The notes under the pieces are model-generated. The model searched no databases, was not told the origin of the DNA, and saw only the letters and a list, made by a program, of their open reading frames with translations. A program made the translations under genes and the position numbers. DNA of 57,878 bases from a virus (lineage: Duplodnaviria > Caudoviricetes), in IMG/VR virus record IMGVR_UViG_3300033149_000867, positions 1 through 57,878 of that record. One strand, given 5' to 3'. This document shows, one piece after another, positions 28,026 through 38,851 of the stretch (position 1 is its first letter; each line of letters opens with the position of its first letter).

Positions 28026-29287
28026 CGTACATAACTATGAAACTATGAGTTTATAAACTTTTTTATATTTCCTCTTTATTTTATAAACTCACAAATAAAA
28101 ACGAATTAAGCTTATTTTTGTAAATAAGTTTATAAACTATTAGAAAACACAAAATATATATAGTAATAATACCTAACCATACAAACGAATAAAATAATAT
28201 TATTATTTCATATAATATATAATAATAGTAAATATACATAATATAAATAAAACATATTTGAACTTTTTTTAACGAATTCGTAAAGATTTATACCTTTTTT
28301 TGTAAATATAAAATAAACATAATGAGTGTCTCACGAATAGGGTTTAATTTAACGGTTTTTCGGGATATCGAAGCGGTTTTTCGGGTTATTGTGTGGTTGA
28401 ATGGGATTATCGTGCTTTATTCGTTATTTTATGTGTTATTTAAACGAATTTCGTAAAAAGAAAACGAATTTAAGCTTATTTTCGTATTTCGAACCCTTAA
28501 ATGTTTATTCCAAATAATGTATGAATGGTTTATAAACTTTTCGAACCCATTGATTTTTAAACAAAGTAAAACACTTTTGATTAACTGAATGTCCATATTT
28601 GTGCATCATTGTGAAAACGAATAATTGAGTTTTATTTTAAAAAATAAGGTTAATTTAGTCTTATTTTTTGAATTAAAAACAGAGAAGAGTATTAGATTTA
28701 AAATCGATAGGCGTCAAAGGTGTATATATTTTTCGACTAAAAGTTTAGATACTTTTTTATAAACTAAATTATAACACCGTATAATTTTATTCGAACACAT
28801 ATTATTTAATATTGGAAAATATAAAAAAGGGGGAATTTAATTGTTTTGTTTGACTTTTGGTTAGAAGTAAAACATATTTGTTTGACTTTTAAGTGCCGTT
28901 TATCGTTTTTACAAAATCGATATGCGTAGGCGTTATTTGTCGAATTGACAACACATTTCTCAACATTTTTATAAGATGTTTTTATATATACATTATTATG
29001 AAAATGTGAAGTTATTCCAAATAGTTTGAATTCATTAAATTTAAGTTAAGTAAAATAAAGTTGTTTTATAATATTAGAAATTCATAATTTCATTAAAATA
29101 CGAATTTGTTAATTTGTTATATTATGATATTCGAAAATTATAATATTAGAAAGTCGTCATTTTTTCAAAACCAACCCCCTATACAATGAATTTAAAATTT
29201 GTAAAAATCCAAGTTTATAAACAAATTTAAAATTTTAAACAAAACAAATAAATACATTTAAATAATAGAAGGCGAAATTTACTAAAT
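28026..29287. other. AT-rich divergent control region, candidate replication origin or packaging region
   Basis: Longest non-coding stretch; six AACGAAT repeats, repeated GTTTATAAAC palindromes, CGGTTTTTCGGG twice. Confidence 0.5.
29251..29264 (+). promoter_or_regulatory. Late promoter motif (A)ACATTTAAATA
   Basis: Same motif at 32849-32862 and 43403-43416; about 24 nt before the small terminase ATG. Confidence 0.6.
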
Positions 29288-29830
29288 ATGGGTGTAAATA
29301 TGAAAAACGACGGTTGTCCAATTTGTAATGCCGAAAATTGTGTGGAAATTACGAAGGGGTTGTTATTGGGCAAATTGACGTTGAAAGGGGTCGCAAATCA
29401 TTTTAATATGTCAATTCAACAGGTTTGGGAGCACATTACCCAGCATGAAATCAAAGTGGGCGACAAAAAGTCAAACAAACTTGATTTAACGGAGCAACTT
29501 GAAATGATTTCACGGACGTTAATTGACGATTATTTGTTGAAAATTACGGTGGGCGACTATGGTTCAACCCGTGAAATTAAAGAAATTGTGAGTGAAATTC
29601 GGCAAATTTGCAAAACAATTGACGACATTAAAAATAAAGTGGCGACACAATCACAGTCTTCGACAAATATAAATGTTATGATTAATAATTTGCAACAGCA
29701 ATACCAAAGTCAAATAGATGGGCTGATTGAGTTGATAATGGGCGACGAGTTGTGTGATAAATGTAGGGAAAAAATAATGAAGGTTATGAAACTTGATGAG
29801 GGTGAAGTAATTTATGGATGGAGAAAGTAA
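29288..29830 (+). CDS. Probable terminase small subunit
   Basis: CPIC Zn motif, HTH-like LKGVANHFNMSIQQVWEH, coiled coil; overlaps the large terminase gene. Confidence 0.65.
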   Translation: MGVNMKNDGCPICNAENCVEITKGLLLGKLTLKGVANHFNMSIQQVWEHITQHEIKVGDKKSNKLDLTEQLEMISRTLIDDYLLKITVGDYGSTREIKEIVSEIRQICKTIDDIKNKVATQSQSSTNINVMINNLQQQYQSQIDGLIELIMGDELCDKCREKIMKVMKLDEGEVIYGWRK

Positions 29831-31298
29831 AACAAATGTGTTTGACCAAAATATTTTGTCGCCATTCAAAAAATTATATTTGGCGAATTTGATGAAAACA
29901 CAGCCGTCAAAGGTAATTGAAGATGTATTTGGTTTTGAGATGTTCCCAGCCCAAAGGGAAATTTTTGACAAATTTTATTTGAATAAATATCGAAGGTTGT
30001 TTTTGGTTGCTGGGATGCGAAGTGGCAAATCCGTGTTGGCGTCAATGATGGCAATTTACGAATTTTTGTTGTTGTTATTGTTGCCAAATCCACAAGAATA
30101 TTATGGGTTCATAGAAAACGACCCAATTTTCATTAGCGTGGTCGCAACATCGGAAGAACAGGCAAATGACACAATATTTAACCGTGTGAAAACAACCATT
30201 GAAAATAACAAGGATTTCTTTTCGACTTACGACATCAAAATCAAAGACCTCTCAATTTATTGTAGGGACAAAAATATAACGATGAAAACTTTGAGTTCGT
30301 GGTCTTCAACGGCGGTTGGTCGTTCAAACAAAGCTGTTATTTTTGACGAATTGTCGAATTTTGAGGAAACGGCTGGGAAGAGAGGTGCAGAGGAAATTTA
30401 TACGAGGTTGTCAAAATCAACGGATACTTTTAAAGATGATGGTCATATAATTGCGATTTCATCACCAAAACGACCAAATGACATTTTAATGAAGTTGTAT
30501 AGGATGGGTCTTGACGACCCAAAGACGTTATCAATATTGAAGCCGACATGGGAAATGAACCCAAATTATACAAAGGAATATTTGATGAACGAACATAAAT
30601 TTAATATGACGGCATTTTACAGAGATTATGCGTGTAATCCAGCGTTGTCTTCAATTAAGTTGTTTGATGAAATCATACCTTTGAATAAAAATTTACCAAA
30701 CATTTTGTTAAATCCAGATAAAGTCAGCGACAAAATAAAAGCAGAGCCACATGTATTGGCGATTGACCCAGCAGTTAAGTCGGATGGGTTCGGTGTCGCA
30801 GTTGGTTATTTTGACGAAGGTTTGAGAAAAATAGTTGTTGATGGTGCGACAACGATTAAGAAAGATATCGATGGTGAAAGATTAAGGGCGAATGATGTAA
30901 AACGTTTTATTTCACAAATAAGTAAAACAATTTCGATTGACACATTCATTTACGACACTTGGATGTTCATTGATTTGATAGATTGGGCGGAAGATGAAGG
31001 ATTTATTGTTGAAAAGCACATTGTTAATAGACAGGATTACGAATTATTAAAGGAATTGATGTTGAGTGGAAATGCCATTGTTGTTTATGACGAAACACTT
31101 GAATATGAACTTGAAAATCTTGAAATCGTAAATGAAAAGAAGATTGACCACCCAAAGGGTGGTTCAAAAGACGTTTCAGATGCAGTCGCCAATTGTGTGA
31201 GATATGTTGCGGAAAATTCTTCACAATTTATAAATACTATTAATTCAGAAAATGAAAAGGATGAAAAAATACCAAAAGTGGGGGTTGTAATGATATGA
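29814..31298 (+). CDS. terL: Terminase large subunit
   Basis: Walker A GMRSGKS, Walker B VIFDE, coupling motif ISSP, nuclease AIDPA and IDHPKGGSKDVSDA. Confidence 0.93.
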   Translation: MDGESKTNVFDQNILSPFKKLYLANLMKTQPSKVIEDVFGFEMFPAQREIFDKFYLNKYRRLFLVAGMRSGKSVLASMMAIYEFLLLLLLPNPQEYYGFIENDPIFISVVATSEEQANDTIFNRVKTTIENNKDFFSTYDIKIKDLSIYCRDKNITMKTLSSWSSTAVGRSNKAVIFDELSNFEETAGKRGAEEIYTRLSKSTDTFKDDGHIIAISSPKRPNDILMKLYRMGLDDPKTLSILKPTWEMNPNYTKEYLMNEHKFNMTAFYRDYACNPALSSIKLFDEIIPLNKNLPNILLNPDKVSDKIKAEPHVLAIDPAVKSDGFGVAVGYFDEGLRKIVVDGATTIKKDIDGERLRANDVKRFISQISKTISIDTFIYDTWMFIDLIDWAEDEGFIVEKHIVNRQDYELLKELMLSGNAIVVYDETLEYELENLEIVNEKKIDHPKGGSKDVSDAVANCVRYVAENSSQFINTINSENEKDEKIPKVGVVMI

Positions 31299-32710
31299 TT
31301 GGTGAGTTGAAGTCAAAGTTAATTGATTTGAGTTCGAGTATAAGAACAAAATTTTCGTTATTTAGAGGTAGTGGCGTCTATACATATAGTGGTCGTCGGA
31401 TAATTTCAAATATGGTGAGAAATATTTTGAATGAGGCAAATTTCGACAACATGAATAGGAATGACATTTACGAAAACATTTATATGACAGAGCCGTCGGT
31501 TGGAGGGGCGATTGACCGTTTCTCATCGTTGTGTGCAATGGCATATCAGGGTCTTTACATTCGTGTGGGCGAAGAACTCGATAGTGATGAAAGGCGACTT
31601 CTTGAAATTGCAAATGAAGTGGAAAGAAAATTGGACGTAAGAAAGAAAATTGAGGCATGGGCTGAACTTCTCTTAATTCATGGAAATGTTTTCATTGACA
31701 AAGAAACATTATTCGTCTATCCAAATAGATATGTTTCGATAATTGACGAAAATGACGGTTATTCGACTGCAATTATTAATCCAAAATATTTCGTGTTTAA
31801 TGAAGACCAACAGAACGAACTTCAAAAGATTGTAAAACCTTATGAGGACATTTACCACATTAAATACAAAGATACGAAAGTATTTGTTTATGACCACAAA
31901 AATAGATTGACTTATGGGATTTATTCAATTTCGCCACTTGACCGTTTGATTTACACTATTCAATGGAAGCGACAGATAATGGCGTGTGATATGCAAGTTA
32001 GATGGCGTTCAATACCAAGAGAGCATCACATCATCAATTCGAAGGCGTTTTCATTACAAAATTATACTGGGACGAGGGCGGAACGAATTACAAAGGCGAA
32101 AAATGACCTTGAAAACGAATTGACGAATTATGCGACCAAAATAAAGACACAAGAGCCAGATGAAGGTTATATAACGACTGATACGGTTGAAATTCGGCAA
32201 ATAGAACCACGCTTTAATTATACAATGCCAAATGATTTGATTGACCAACTCACAGAAAATGTTTGGGTTGCGTTAAATACGCCCGAAAGTATTGTTAGTG
32301 GCTCTGCAAGGGGTTCATATGCGAGTGAATTGATAATAAGTGGTTATGTTGCGTCGAAAGTTATTCGTCTAACTGAAATTATTTGTGATGTATTGCTTGA
32401 CATAATTAGAAACAAAGTTAAAGAAATTGATGATGGTTTGCCTGTTGATAAATTGAAGATAAAGGTTGCACTTGACTTGGAGGCATCGAGGCTTGAAAGG
32501 TTCAGACAGGCAAGTGTGATGGCACAAATGGGAATATTCACAGCAGACGAAATCAGAATGTTTCTTGGGTTCGAACCAAAGGGCGATTTATCAGTCGTCA
32601 ATGTTCAAGGGCGAGAGACCATCAACGACCAAGCACGATATTTGAGACAAGGGCAAACCGAACCCACCACACCGCACAGCGACGAAAAACAAAGGAGGGA
32701 ACATGGATGA
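31295..32710 (+). CDS. Portal protein
   Basis: Follows terL; ELLLIHGNVF, IYHIK, YGIYSISPL, GIFTADEIRMFLGF. Confidence 0.85.
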   Translation: MIGELKSKLIDLSSSIRTKFSLFRGSGVYTYSGRRIISNMVRNILNEANFDNMNRNDIYENIYMTEPSVGGAIDRFSSLCAMAYQGLYIRVGEELDSDERRLLEIANEVERKLDVRKKIEAWAELLLIHGNVFIDKETLFVYPNRYVSIIDENDGYSTAIINPKYFVFNEDQQNELQKIVKPYEDIYHIKYKDTKVFVYDHKNRLTYGIYSISPLDRLIYTIQWKRQIMACDMQVRWRSIPREHHIINSKAFSLQNYTGTRAERITKAKNDLENELTNYATKIKTQEPDEGYITTDTVEIRQIEPRFNYTMPNDLIDQLTENVWVALNTPESIVSGSARGSYASELIISGYVASKVIRLTEIICDVLLDIIRNKVKEIDDGLPVDKLKIKVALDLEASRLERFRQASVMAQMGIFTADEIRMFLGFEPKGDLSVVNVQGRETINDQARYLRQGQTEPTTPHSDEKQRREHG

Positions 32711-32966
32711 GGATTATAGTCCCCAATTCCTGACCTCTCTCACATTTTTTATTTTTATAAAGATGACAATTCGACAAATTATCTACCATACTATTTCCTC
32801 GAATACAAAGGAAGTAATGACACAATATTCTAATTTAATAATTTTATCAAAACATTTAAATACTATTACTTTTTAAATAAGTGATTGGACATTAGTATGA
32901 ATATTAGTGTAAAATTCGTATATAATTTGGTGGGTATTGGTAAATTATTAATATCAAAACCAGCTG

Positions 32967-34673
32967 GTGAAAATTATTATGCCGTATAATTCAATTGATG
33001 AATTGCCAGAAAATGTGAGGAATACATTAGATGAACATTTGCAAAAAATTTGGATGAATATTTTTAACTACATTTACAATAAAAGTGGAGACGAAGAAAA
33101 AGCCTTCAAATATGCGTGGGGTGTTGTGAATAAAATTCGTAATAAAAAAGGTGGTGATGCTAATATGAGTGATGAAGGAAAGAAAGAAATGGGTGCTGTT
33201 TCTGTTCATCATATTTTGAAAATTGATGAGAGGGCATGGGACAAAAATGTTGCTATTCGTGAGTTGAGAAAGTGGGCTTCAAAAGATGGAAGTGGTGAGA
33301 AAGATACAATTGATTGGAAGAAATACAGGATGGGTTTTGCGTGGTATGACGAGAGCGACCCTGAAAATTTCACATCTTATAAATTACCACACCACAGAGT
33401 AATAAATGGACGCCTCGTTGTTTCAAGACGTGGTGTGATTTCTGCTATGCAAACTATATTTGGGGCAAGGGGTGGTGTTGATATTCCAAAAGAAGATTTG
33501 AAAAAAGTTTATTCACATTTGAAAGCTCATTATGAAGATATTGGTCTTGAACCACCTGAATTTACACGCAATTTCTCGATTGGTGAGTTATCTTGGAATA
33601 CTGTTGGCGACGCAATTGAAGTCGAAGGTGTGATTTTCCATGCTGGAACTCATACTGCAAATGATGGTTCAACTTACAATTTTAGCGAAAATGTCGTTAA
33701 GACTATGTATGAGGAACTTATCAAAAATGAACCAAAGACGACAAAAATAACATTTGAGCATGGTGGTGAAGTTATTGGTTTTGCAACTGCGTTTTCTTTA
33801 AATGACAAAAATGAATTGATGTTTAAAGGCTATATATTTGACACAAATGCAATTGACCTAATTAAAAGTGGTGTTTATAAAGATGTAAGTGCCGAATTGT
33901 TGATAACATATGATGAAGATGGTAATGTGAATGGTGCAGTCCTTGAAGACATCGCACTTTGTAGAAATGGTGCTGTTGAAGGTGCATCGTTAATTGCTGT
34001 TAGAAATGTTGCAATGTCCAATGGAAATGAAGATGAAGTTGAAACAATTGAGAGATTTTTGAGGACAAAAGGTCTAAATGACGATGATATTGAGAAAATA
34101 TTTGATTTAATTGCGAAACTTTTAAATAGTTTTAGTGAGCCAAATGATGACGATATTGTTGTTCGTGAAGACGAACCATTTACAAATGAATACGGAGGTG
34201 TTGATGTAAGTATGAGTAAAGAAGAAAATAAGGCAGAAGTTAAGAATGAAGATATTAAGAATGAGGTTGAACAACCGAAGATTGAGGAGAAGAAAGAAAT
34301 TCAAGAACAAAATACAAATGTAGGTGGTAATGAAGTGAATATTGAAGAGAATTATGTGCCAAAAGATGAATATATTAAGATTAAGGAACAACTTGACGCA
34401 GTTTATTCAAAGATGATTGAAGATAAGGTTTCAGAACTTAAAAATTATGGCATCAATGAGCCAGAAAAATTGATTGAAGATATTAATGACTATGAACAGA
34501 AATTGAAGATTTTGTCAAAGGTTGGCGAAAGTGTCAAAATTGCAAGTATTAAAGAAGGTTCTGTTTCAATTGGTGTTCCTGCTAATACGAATAGTGAGGA
34601 TAAAATTAAAATTGCACGTGAAATGGGTATCCCAGAGGATTATATAAAGAAATATCTGATGGGAGGTAAATAA
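32967..34673 (+). CDS. ChaB-like domain + prohead maturation protease + scaffold fusion
   Basis: MPYNSIDELPENVR...KYAWGVV (ChaB-like), YKLPHH domain, FEH...VSAEL...IAL protease pattern, acidic coiled C-terminus. Confidence 0.75.
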   Translation: MKIIMPYNSIDELPENVRNTLDEHLQKIWMNIFNYIYNKSGDEEKAFKYAWGVVNKIRNKKGGDANMSDEGKKEMGAVSVHHILKIDERAWDKNVAIRELRKWASKDGSGEKDTIDWKKYRMGFAWYDESDPENFTSYKLPHHRVINGRLVVSRRGVISAMQTIFGARGGVDIPKEDLKKVYSHLKAHYEDIGLEPPEFTRNFSIGELSWNTVGDAIEVEGVIFHAGTHTANDGSTYNFSENVVKTMYEELIKNEPKTTKITFEHGGEVIGFATAFSLNDKNELMFKGYIFDTNAIDLIKSGVYKDVSAELLITYDEDGNVNGAVLEDIALCRNGAVEGASLIAVRNVAMSNGNEDEVETIERFLRTKGLNDDDIEKIFDLIAKLLNSFSEPNDDDIVVREDEPFTNEYGGVDVSMSKEENKAEVKNEDIKNEVEQPKIEEKKEIQEQNTNVGGNEVNIEENYVPKDEYIKIKEQLDAVYSKMIEDKVSELKNYGINEPEKLIEDINDYEQKLKILSKVGESVKIASIKEGSVSIGVPANTNSEDKIKIAREMGIPEDYIKKYLMGGK

Positions 34674-34687
34674 GGAGGTGATGTAAT

Positions 34688-35107
34688 ATGGGAAGTTTGG
34701 TAAATGATGGATTGGTGCAAACCTTCATTACGGAGGATGCACTTGATAGTGCTGGGTATGTATTGACGTTTGGTGCAACGGCTGGTAAGGTAAAGAAATG
34801 TGATGAAGATGACGTTGTAGTTGGGTTTGCTTTTACTTCGACGAAAGACCCAATAAGCGGAACTGCTACGGCAAATGTGCCTGTTGGTGTCATTATGAAG
34901 AGGAGTGGTATTGTTGTAAATCTGTTGCTTGAAGACGACAATCAAGCAATTAGTTATGGCGACCCTCTCTGTCCAACATCTGACGCTAACGAGAAGGGCA
35001 AAGTTGATTTGAAGGACGGAGCTAATGAAACAGGAACTCTCGTTGCTTACGCATTGGAGAGTAAGAATGCAGATAGTGGAGGAACAATTAAGGCATTAAT
35101 AGTGTGA
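34688..35107 (+). CDS. Capsid decoration/cement protein
   Basis: Gly/Ala-rich beta protein between scaffold and major capsid genes; VVVGFA, VAYALE. Confidence 0.65.
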   Translation: MGSLVNDGLVQTFITEDALDSAGYVLTFGATAGKVKKCDEDDVVVGFAFTSTKDPISGTATANVPVGVIMKRSGIVVNLLLEDDNQAISYGDPLCPTSDANEKGKVDLKDGANETGTLVAYALESKNADSGGTIKALIV

Positions 35108-35118
35108 GGTGATGAAAA

Positions 35119-35979
35119 ATGGCATATACGACTTCGGATATTGATATAATTAAGGCGGAAGTATTGAGAGATGTGGTTTATAAGAGGGCAGAGGAACTCC
35201 TTGTTGGTAAGAATGCAATTCCAGTCAGAGGAATTAGAAGTCTCGACATAAAGTTGAGTGTTCCAACTGCTACTTACCTCGAACCAGACAAAGTTGCAGA
35301 GGGTTCTCTTGCTGATGTCAAGGAACTCACATGGATGGACATAACTGGGTCATTGGAGAAATATCAGGGTGTTGTAAGAATTACTGACGAAAGTATAATT
35401 AGACAGCTTGATGATGTGCAGATGCAAAAGTCTGTTGATGCTGTTGCAAGAGGACTTGCCATTAAGAAAGATGAAGAGATATTCAACGCAATTACTTCAT
35501 CTGCTGGTCAGCTTGTAAATGCAACCGCAACTTGGGACGATGCAAATGCTGACCCAGTTGGCGACATTGCATCAGCACTCGAAAAGATACTCGAAAACAC
35601 AGTATTGACCACAGAGGACTTTAACAACATTGGTCTATTTGTCCCAGTTGGTGGCTATGCAAACCTGACAAGACTTGCTGAAATCAATAACATAACCCAG
35701 AGTTATGTTGATTATATACGCAATGCATTTGGAATAAAGATTTATCCAACAAGACAGCTATCAACTGACGCATACATGGTCGTCAATAGCGATGAAACTG
35801 GTGTCCATTACCAGTATGAGGGCAACTCACAGCAGTTGCCAACTGTCGAAATGGTCAGAGAGGAAGGTGTTGGTTGGAAATACCTAATTACCCAGTTCTT
35901 CAAGACTATAATAATACCAGACACAAGTGGCGGTAGCACCACATCCATGATTTGTAAGATAGCTGGAGTGATGGCATAA
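35119..35979 (+). CDS. Major capsid protein (HK97-like)
   Basis: Position; VAEG, KYQGVVRITDE, LAIKKDEEIF, WDDANADPVGDI; followed by an oligo-T terminator. Confidence 0.85.
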   Translation: MAYTTSDIDIIKAEVLRDVVYKRAEELLVGKNAIPVRGIRSLDIKLSVPTATYLEPDKVAEGSLADVKELTWMDITGSLEKYQGVVRITDESIIRQLDDVQMQKSVDAVARGLAIKKDEEIFNAITSSAGQLVNATATWDDANADPVGDIASALEKILENTVLTTEDFNNIGLFVPVGGYANLTRLAEINNITQSYVDYIRNAFGIKIYPTRQLSTDAYMVVNSDETGVHYQYEGNSQQLPTVEMVREEGVGWKYLITQFFKTIIIPDTSGGSTTSMICKIAGVMA

Positions 35980-35994
35980 TCCCCATCCTTCGGC

Positions 35995-36016
35995 ACTCTC
36001 TTTTTATTTTTTTATT
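35995..36016 (+). terminator. Archaeal oligo-T terminator after the major capsid gene
   Basis: CTCTCTTTTTATTTTTTTAT. Confidence 0.5.
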
Positions 36017-36089
36017 TAATTAGTTGATAATATCATAAAATTCTAATATAACAGAACAACAGTTAATTTTATATTATATGAAAAAATAA

Positions 36090-36515
36090 GTGTTTATTAT
36101 GGCAATAATACCGTCGGATTATGTAGATGAAGTAAGACTTGAATTGACCGATATTGATAGTGATTATTTGGGCGACGAAGTCATTTTACACCATTTGAAT
36201 AAATCTTGGGAATACATCAATCAATTGGCGGACGTCTCTAATTATAGTGATGATGTTTTGAAATATGCGTTGATTTCACTTGCTTCTTATTCGACTTATC
36301 TTGCTTGGACGACTACCGCAGAAAGGATGTTTGACAATGCACCAAATATGGTAAATCAAACAAAATTGGAAGCTTTGAAGAAAGAGGCTTTAAAGTGGTT
36401 GAAATTGATTAGTGATTATCCATTGACAGAGGATTTGTTAGTTGATGATGTCGAAGATTACATTATATTTAACGTTGGATTAACTTATTCGGTGGTGGAT
36501 GAGGACTATGTTTAA
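36090..36515 (+). CDS. Head-tail adaptor protein
   Basis: Position; VDEVRLELTD...LGDEVI helical pattern. Confidence 0.6.
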   Translation: MFIMAIIPSDYVDEVRLELTDIDSDYLGDEVILHHLNKSWEYINQLADVSNYSDDVLKYALISLASYSTYLAWTTTAERMFDNAPNMVNQTKLEALKKEALKWLKLISDYPLTEDLLVDDVEDYIIFNVGLTYSVVDEDYV

Positions 36516-37038
36516 TTTGAAGAAAATCACATTGAAAATTTCAAAAGAACTTGCACACAAAAAGAAAGTCGGTGAGGCAATCTTAACACATCAAAAAATC
36601 AGACGTGCATCTGACGAAGTCGTTGAATTATGGAAAAAAATGATACCACAACATTTCGATAGGAGGGAAGTTATTTATGGTCATTCAAATACTGGGGCTT
36701 TGGCGAATTCACTCAAATTTACAACGAGGCGAAAAGGTGATGAAATAATTATGGACTTTTTCAGCGATGTTAAGTCGCATAGGGGAGACAAAAAACCAAG
36801 AAATTATTTGACAATATTGATAACGAATAATTTAACACCAAGTATAGGTGCTTATAATGTTAAGTTAGACAAAAGAATGAAATACGGTATTTGGAGGGGC
36901 ATTCCTTCATCATATTGGGAAAACTTCTCAAATAATTATGCTAATGCTTTATCGACTTTATTTGAAAAGAAAATGAGGTTGGTTGTTGATATTGCCGATT
37001 TAGAAATTACAAAGGTCAGCGGATATGTGGAGGTGTGA
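36499..37038 (+). CDS. Neck/tail completion protein
   Basis: Basic protein with TGALANS motif, between adaptor and terminator. Confidence 0.5.
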   Translation: MRTMFNLKKITLKISKELAHKKKVGEAILTHQKIRRASDEVVELWKKMIPQHFDRREVIYGHSNTGALANSLKFTTRRKGDEIIMDFFSDVKSHRGDKKPRNYLTILITNNLTPSIGAYNVKLDKRMKYGIWRGIPSSYWENFSNNYANALSTLFEKKMRLVVDIADLEITKVSGYVEV

Positions 37039-37041
37039 AAT

Positions 37042-37428
37042 ATGGTTGAATTTGAGAGGTTTGTTTCGGACTTGGAAGAAATTTTGGAAGAAGGTGGTTA
37101 TACAGTTTATACAGAGCCGTCTGACAAATTACCAAAACCATATGAAACAATATATCTCATTCTTGACGAAATACAAATAAATTTAATTTCAATAAAAAGT
37201 TATGAGTTGCTCGTTAATGTCTCACTCATATTTGGTTCATCACCAGATACTGAAACTACTAAACAAATAGATAGAATAATTTATGAAATTAAAAAAATTA
37301 TAAATTTAATAGAAAGCGATGATGTCATGAGTAATAAATTAAAATTTGTTGATTGTTCGATAGATTTAAATGGAATAACTTATATAGTGAGAATTAATTA
37401 TATGTTTAGAGATATAATGGAGGTGTAA
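37042..37428 (+). CDS. Tail terminator-like protein
   Basis: Acidic alpha/beta protein directly before the tail tube gene. Confidence 0.55.
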   Translation: MVEFERFVSDLEEILEEGGYTVYTEPSDKLPKPYETIYLILDEIQINLISIKSYELLVNVSLIFGSSPDTETTKQIDRIIYEIKKIINLIESDDVMSNKLKFVDCSIDLNGITYIVRINYMFRDIMEV

Positions 37429-37434
37429 AAAGAT

Positions 37435-38385
37435 ATGACATTGTTAAGAGGATTTGGTTGGGGCATTGAAGGTTCGTTTGGAGGAGGAGCTACGTCGATA
37501 CGTGGCTACAAATTGACGAGTGTTAGCGTGAATAAAGAAGATGGAACTATTGTTGAAGAGACGATTGACGACCTTTTGGCAAATGTGTATTTTGGCAGAA
37601 CGAGGATAACTGGAAGTTTCGAGGGTTCATTCAGATATAATAGCGTTGTTGAGCCATTCTATGCATTGTTTGGTAAGATAACAACTTCGGGAACGGAAGC
37701 ACCATATACGCATACTTTCGATGAATTCGACACGCCAAAGTCGATGGAATTCCATTTGATAGAAAGTTCGACAAACATGTGGGAAGTCGAAGGGGTTATA
37801 CCAACTTCTATTGAAATTAATTGCGAAGCACGTGAAATAATTAAAATTTCTGGTGAATATGTTGCAAAGGAAATTGTCTATACAACCCCAGCGGTTGAGC
37901 CAACATATACGGATGACACACCACTCGTATTCTATAATGCCAAAATTTACAAAGATGCTGGTGCAACGGATGAAATTACAGATGTAAGTTCATTGACACT
38001 TTCAATTGAAAGAAGTATTGACGATGACTATTATGTTCTTGGAAACGCACATTTATACGGAATTAAAGAGGATGGTGGAGCTAACATTTCGGGAACTATA
38101 CGACTTACAGAAAACAACCTTGAAGAATTGAGATTGGCTCTGTTTGGCAATAGGACTGGTGCTGATACAATGAATACGAATTTGCCAACGACTTATCTTG
38201 TCGGTGAAGCAAAGAGTGGCGATTACGGATTTAAATTCTCAATACCAATAGTCGTCTATCAAACTGGTGGCGTTGAATTGAGTGGTAGAGATGCAGTCGA
38301 ACGTGAAATTTCATTCAGAGTGGCAAAGAACACAGCTTCAACACCATTCACAATGGAGATATACAATGAGGTGGCTTCATACTGA
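37435..38385 (+). CDS. Major tail tube protein (siphovirus type)
   Basis: GWGIEGSFG, ITGSFEG, PYTHTF, SSLTLSIE, ISGTI; no sheath gene seen. Confidence 0.8.
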   Translation: MTLLRGFGWGIEGSFGGGATSIRGYKLTSVSVNKEDGTIVEETIDDLLANVYFGRTRITGSFEGSFRYNSVVEPFYALFGKITTSGTEAPYTHTFDEFDTPKSMEFHLIESSTNMWEVEGVIPTSIEINCEAREIIKISGEYVAKEIVYTTPAVEPTYTDDTPLVFYNAKIYKDAGATDEITDVSSLTLSIERSIDDDYYVLGNAHLYGIKEDGGANISGTIRLTENNLEELRLALFGNRTGADTMNTNLPTTYLVGEAKSGDYGFKFSIPIVVYQTGGVELSGRDAVEREISFRVAKNTASTPFTMEIYNEVASY

Positions 38386-38402
38386 TGGGGGTGATTAATT
38401 AA

Positions 38403-38840
38403 ATGGCGTCAATTTATCCATTCATAAAAAAGTTGGCAACAACTCAAATACCAGTTGATATACAGTCTTTGTTGAAAGATATAAATACGACAACTCTCAT
38501 TGATGTCGCTTCGATAGACGCTGGTGGTAGTGCCGTAAGTTCATCAATTGACGTAAGTGGATACAGAAAGGCGACTTTGACTGTTAAAATTACATATGGT
38601 GATACTGCGACTGATGGCATAACCGTCAATTTATATACGTCGCCAGATGGAACAAATTTTGACACCGTCGCTTACTTTACATTTGACCCGAATTTCTCTG
38701 CTGGTGCAACTGTTCAGCAAACAAAGTTGGTTGATGGTCTGTTGGCAAAATACATAAAGGTCGAAGTTGTTAATAAAGACGGTGCAAATGGGCAAGGAAG
38801 TTGTAATGTCAAAATAAATTTGCCAACAGGTTTTGAGTAA
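38403..38840 (+). CDS. Small beta-sandwich virion protein
   Basis: SSSIDVSGY, YTSPDGTNF, KYIKVEV jelly-roll-like pattern. Confidence 0.55.
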   Translation: MASIYPFIKKLATTQIPVDIQSLLKDINTTTLIDVASIDAGGSAVSSSIDVSGYRKATLTVKITYGDTATDGITVNLYTSPDGTNFDTVAYFTFDPNFSAGATVQQTKLVDGLLAKYIKVEVVNKDGANGQGSCNVKINLPTGFE

Positions 38841-38851
38841 GGAGGTAATTT

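Noticed and set aside
26252-28630. Possible mini-CRISPR array
   Set aside because: Repeats are short, irregularly spaced or only two copies; they fit promoter or iteron motifs better
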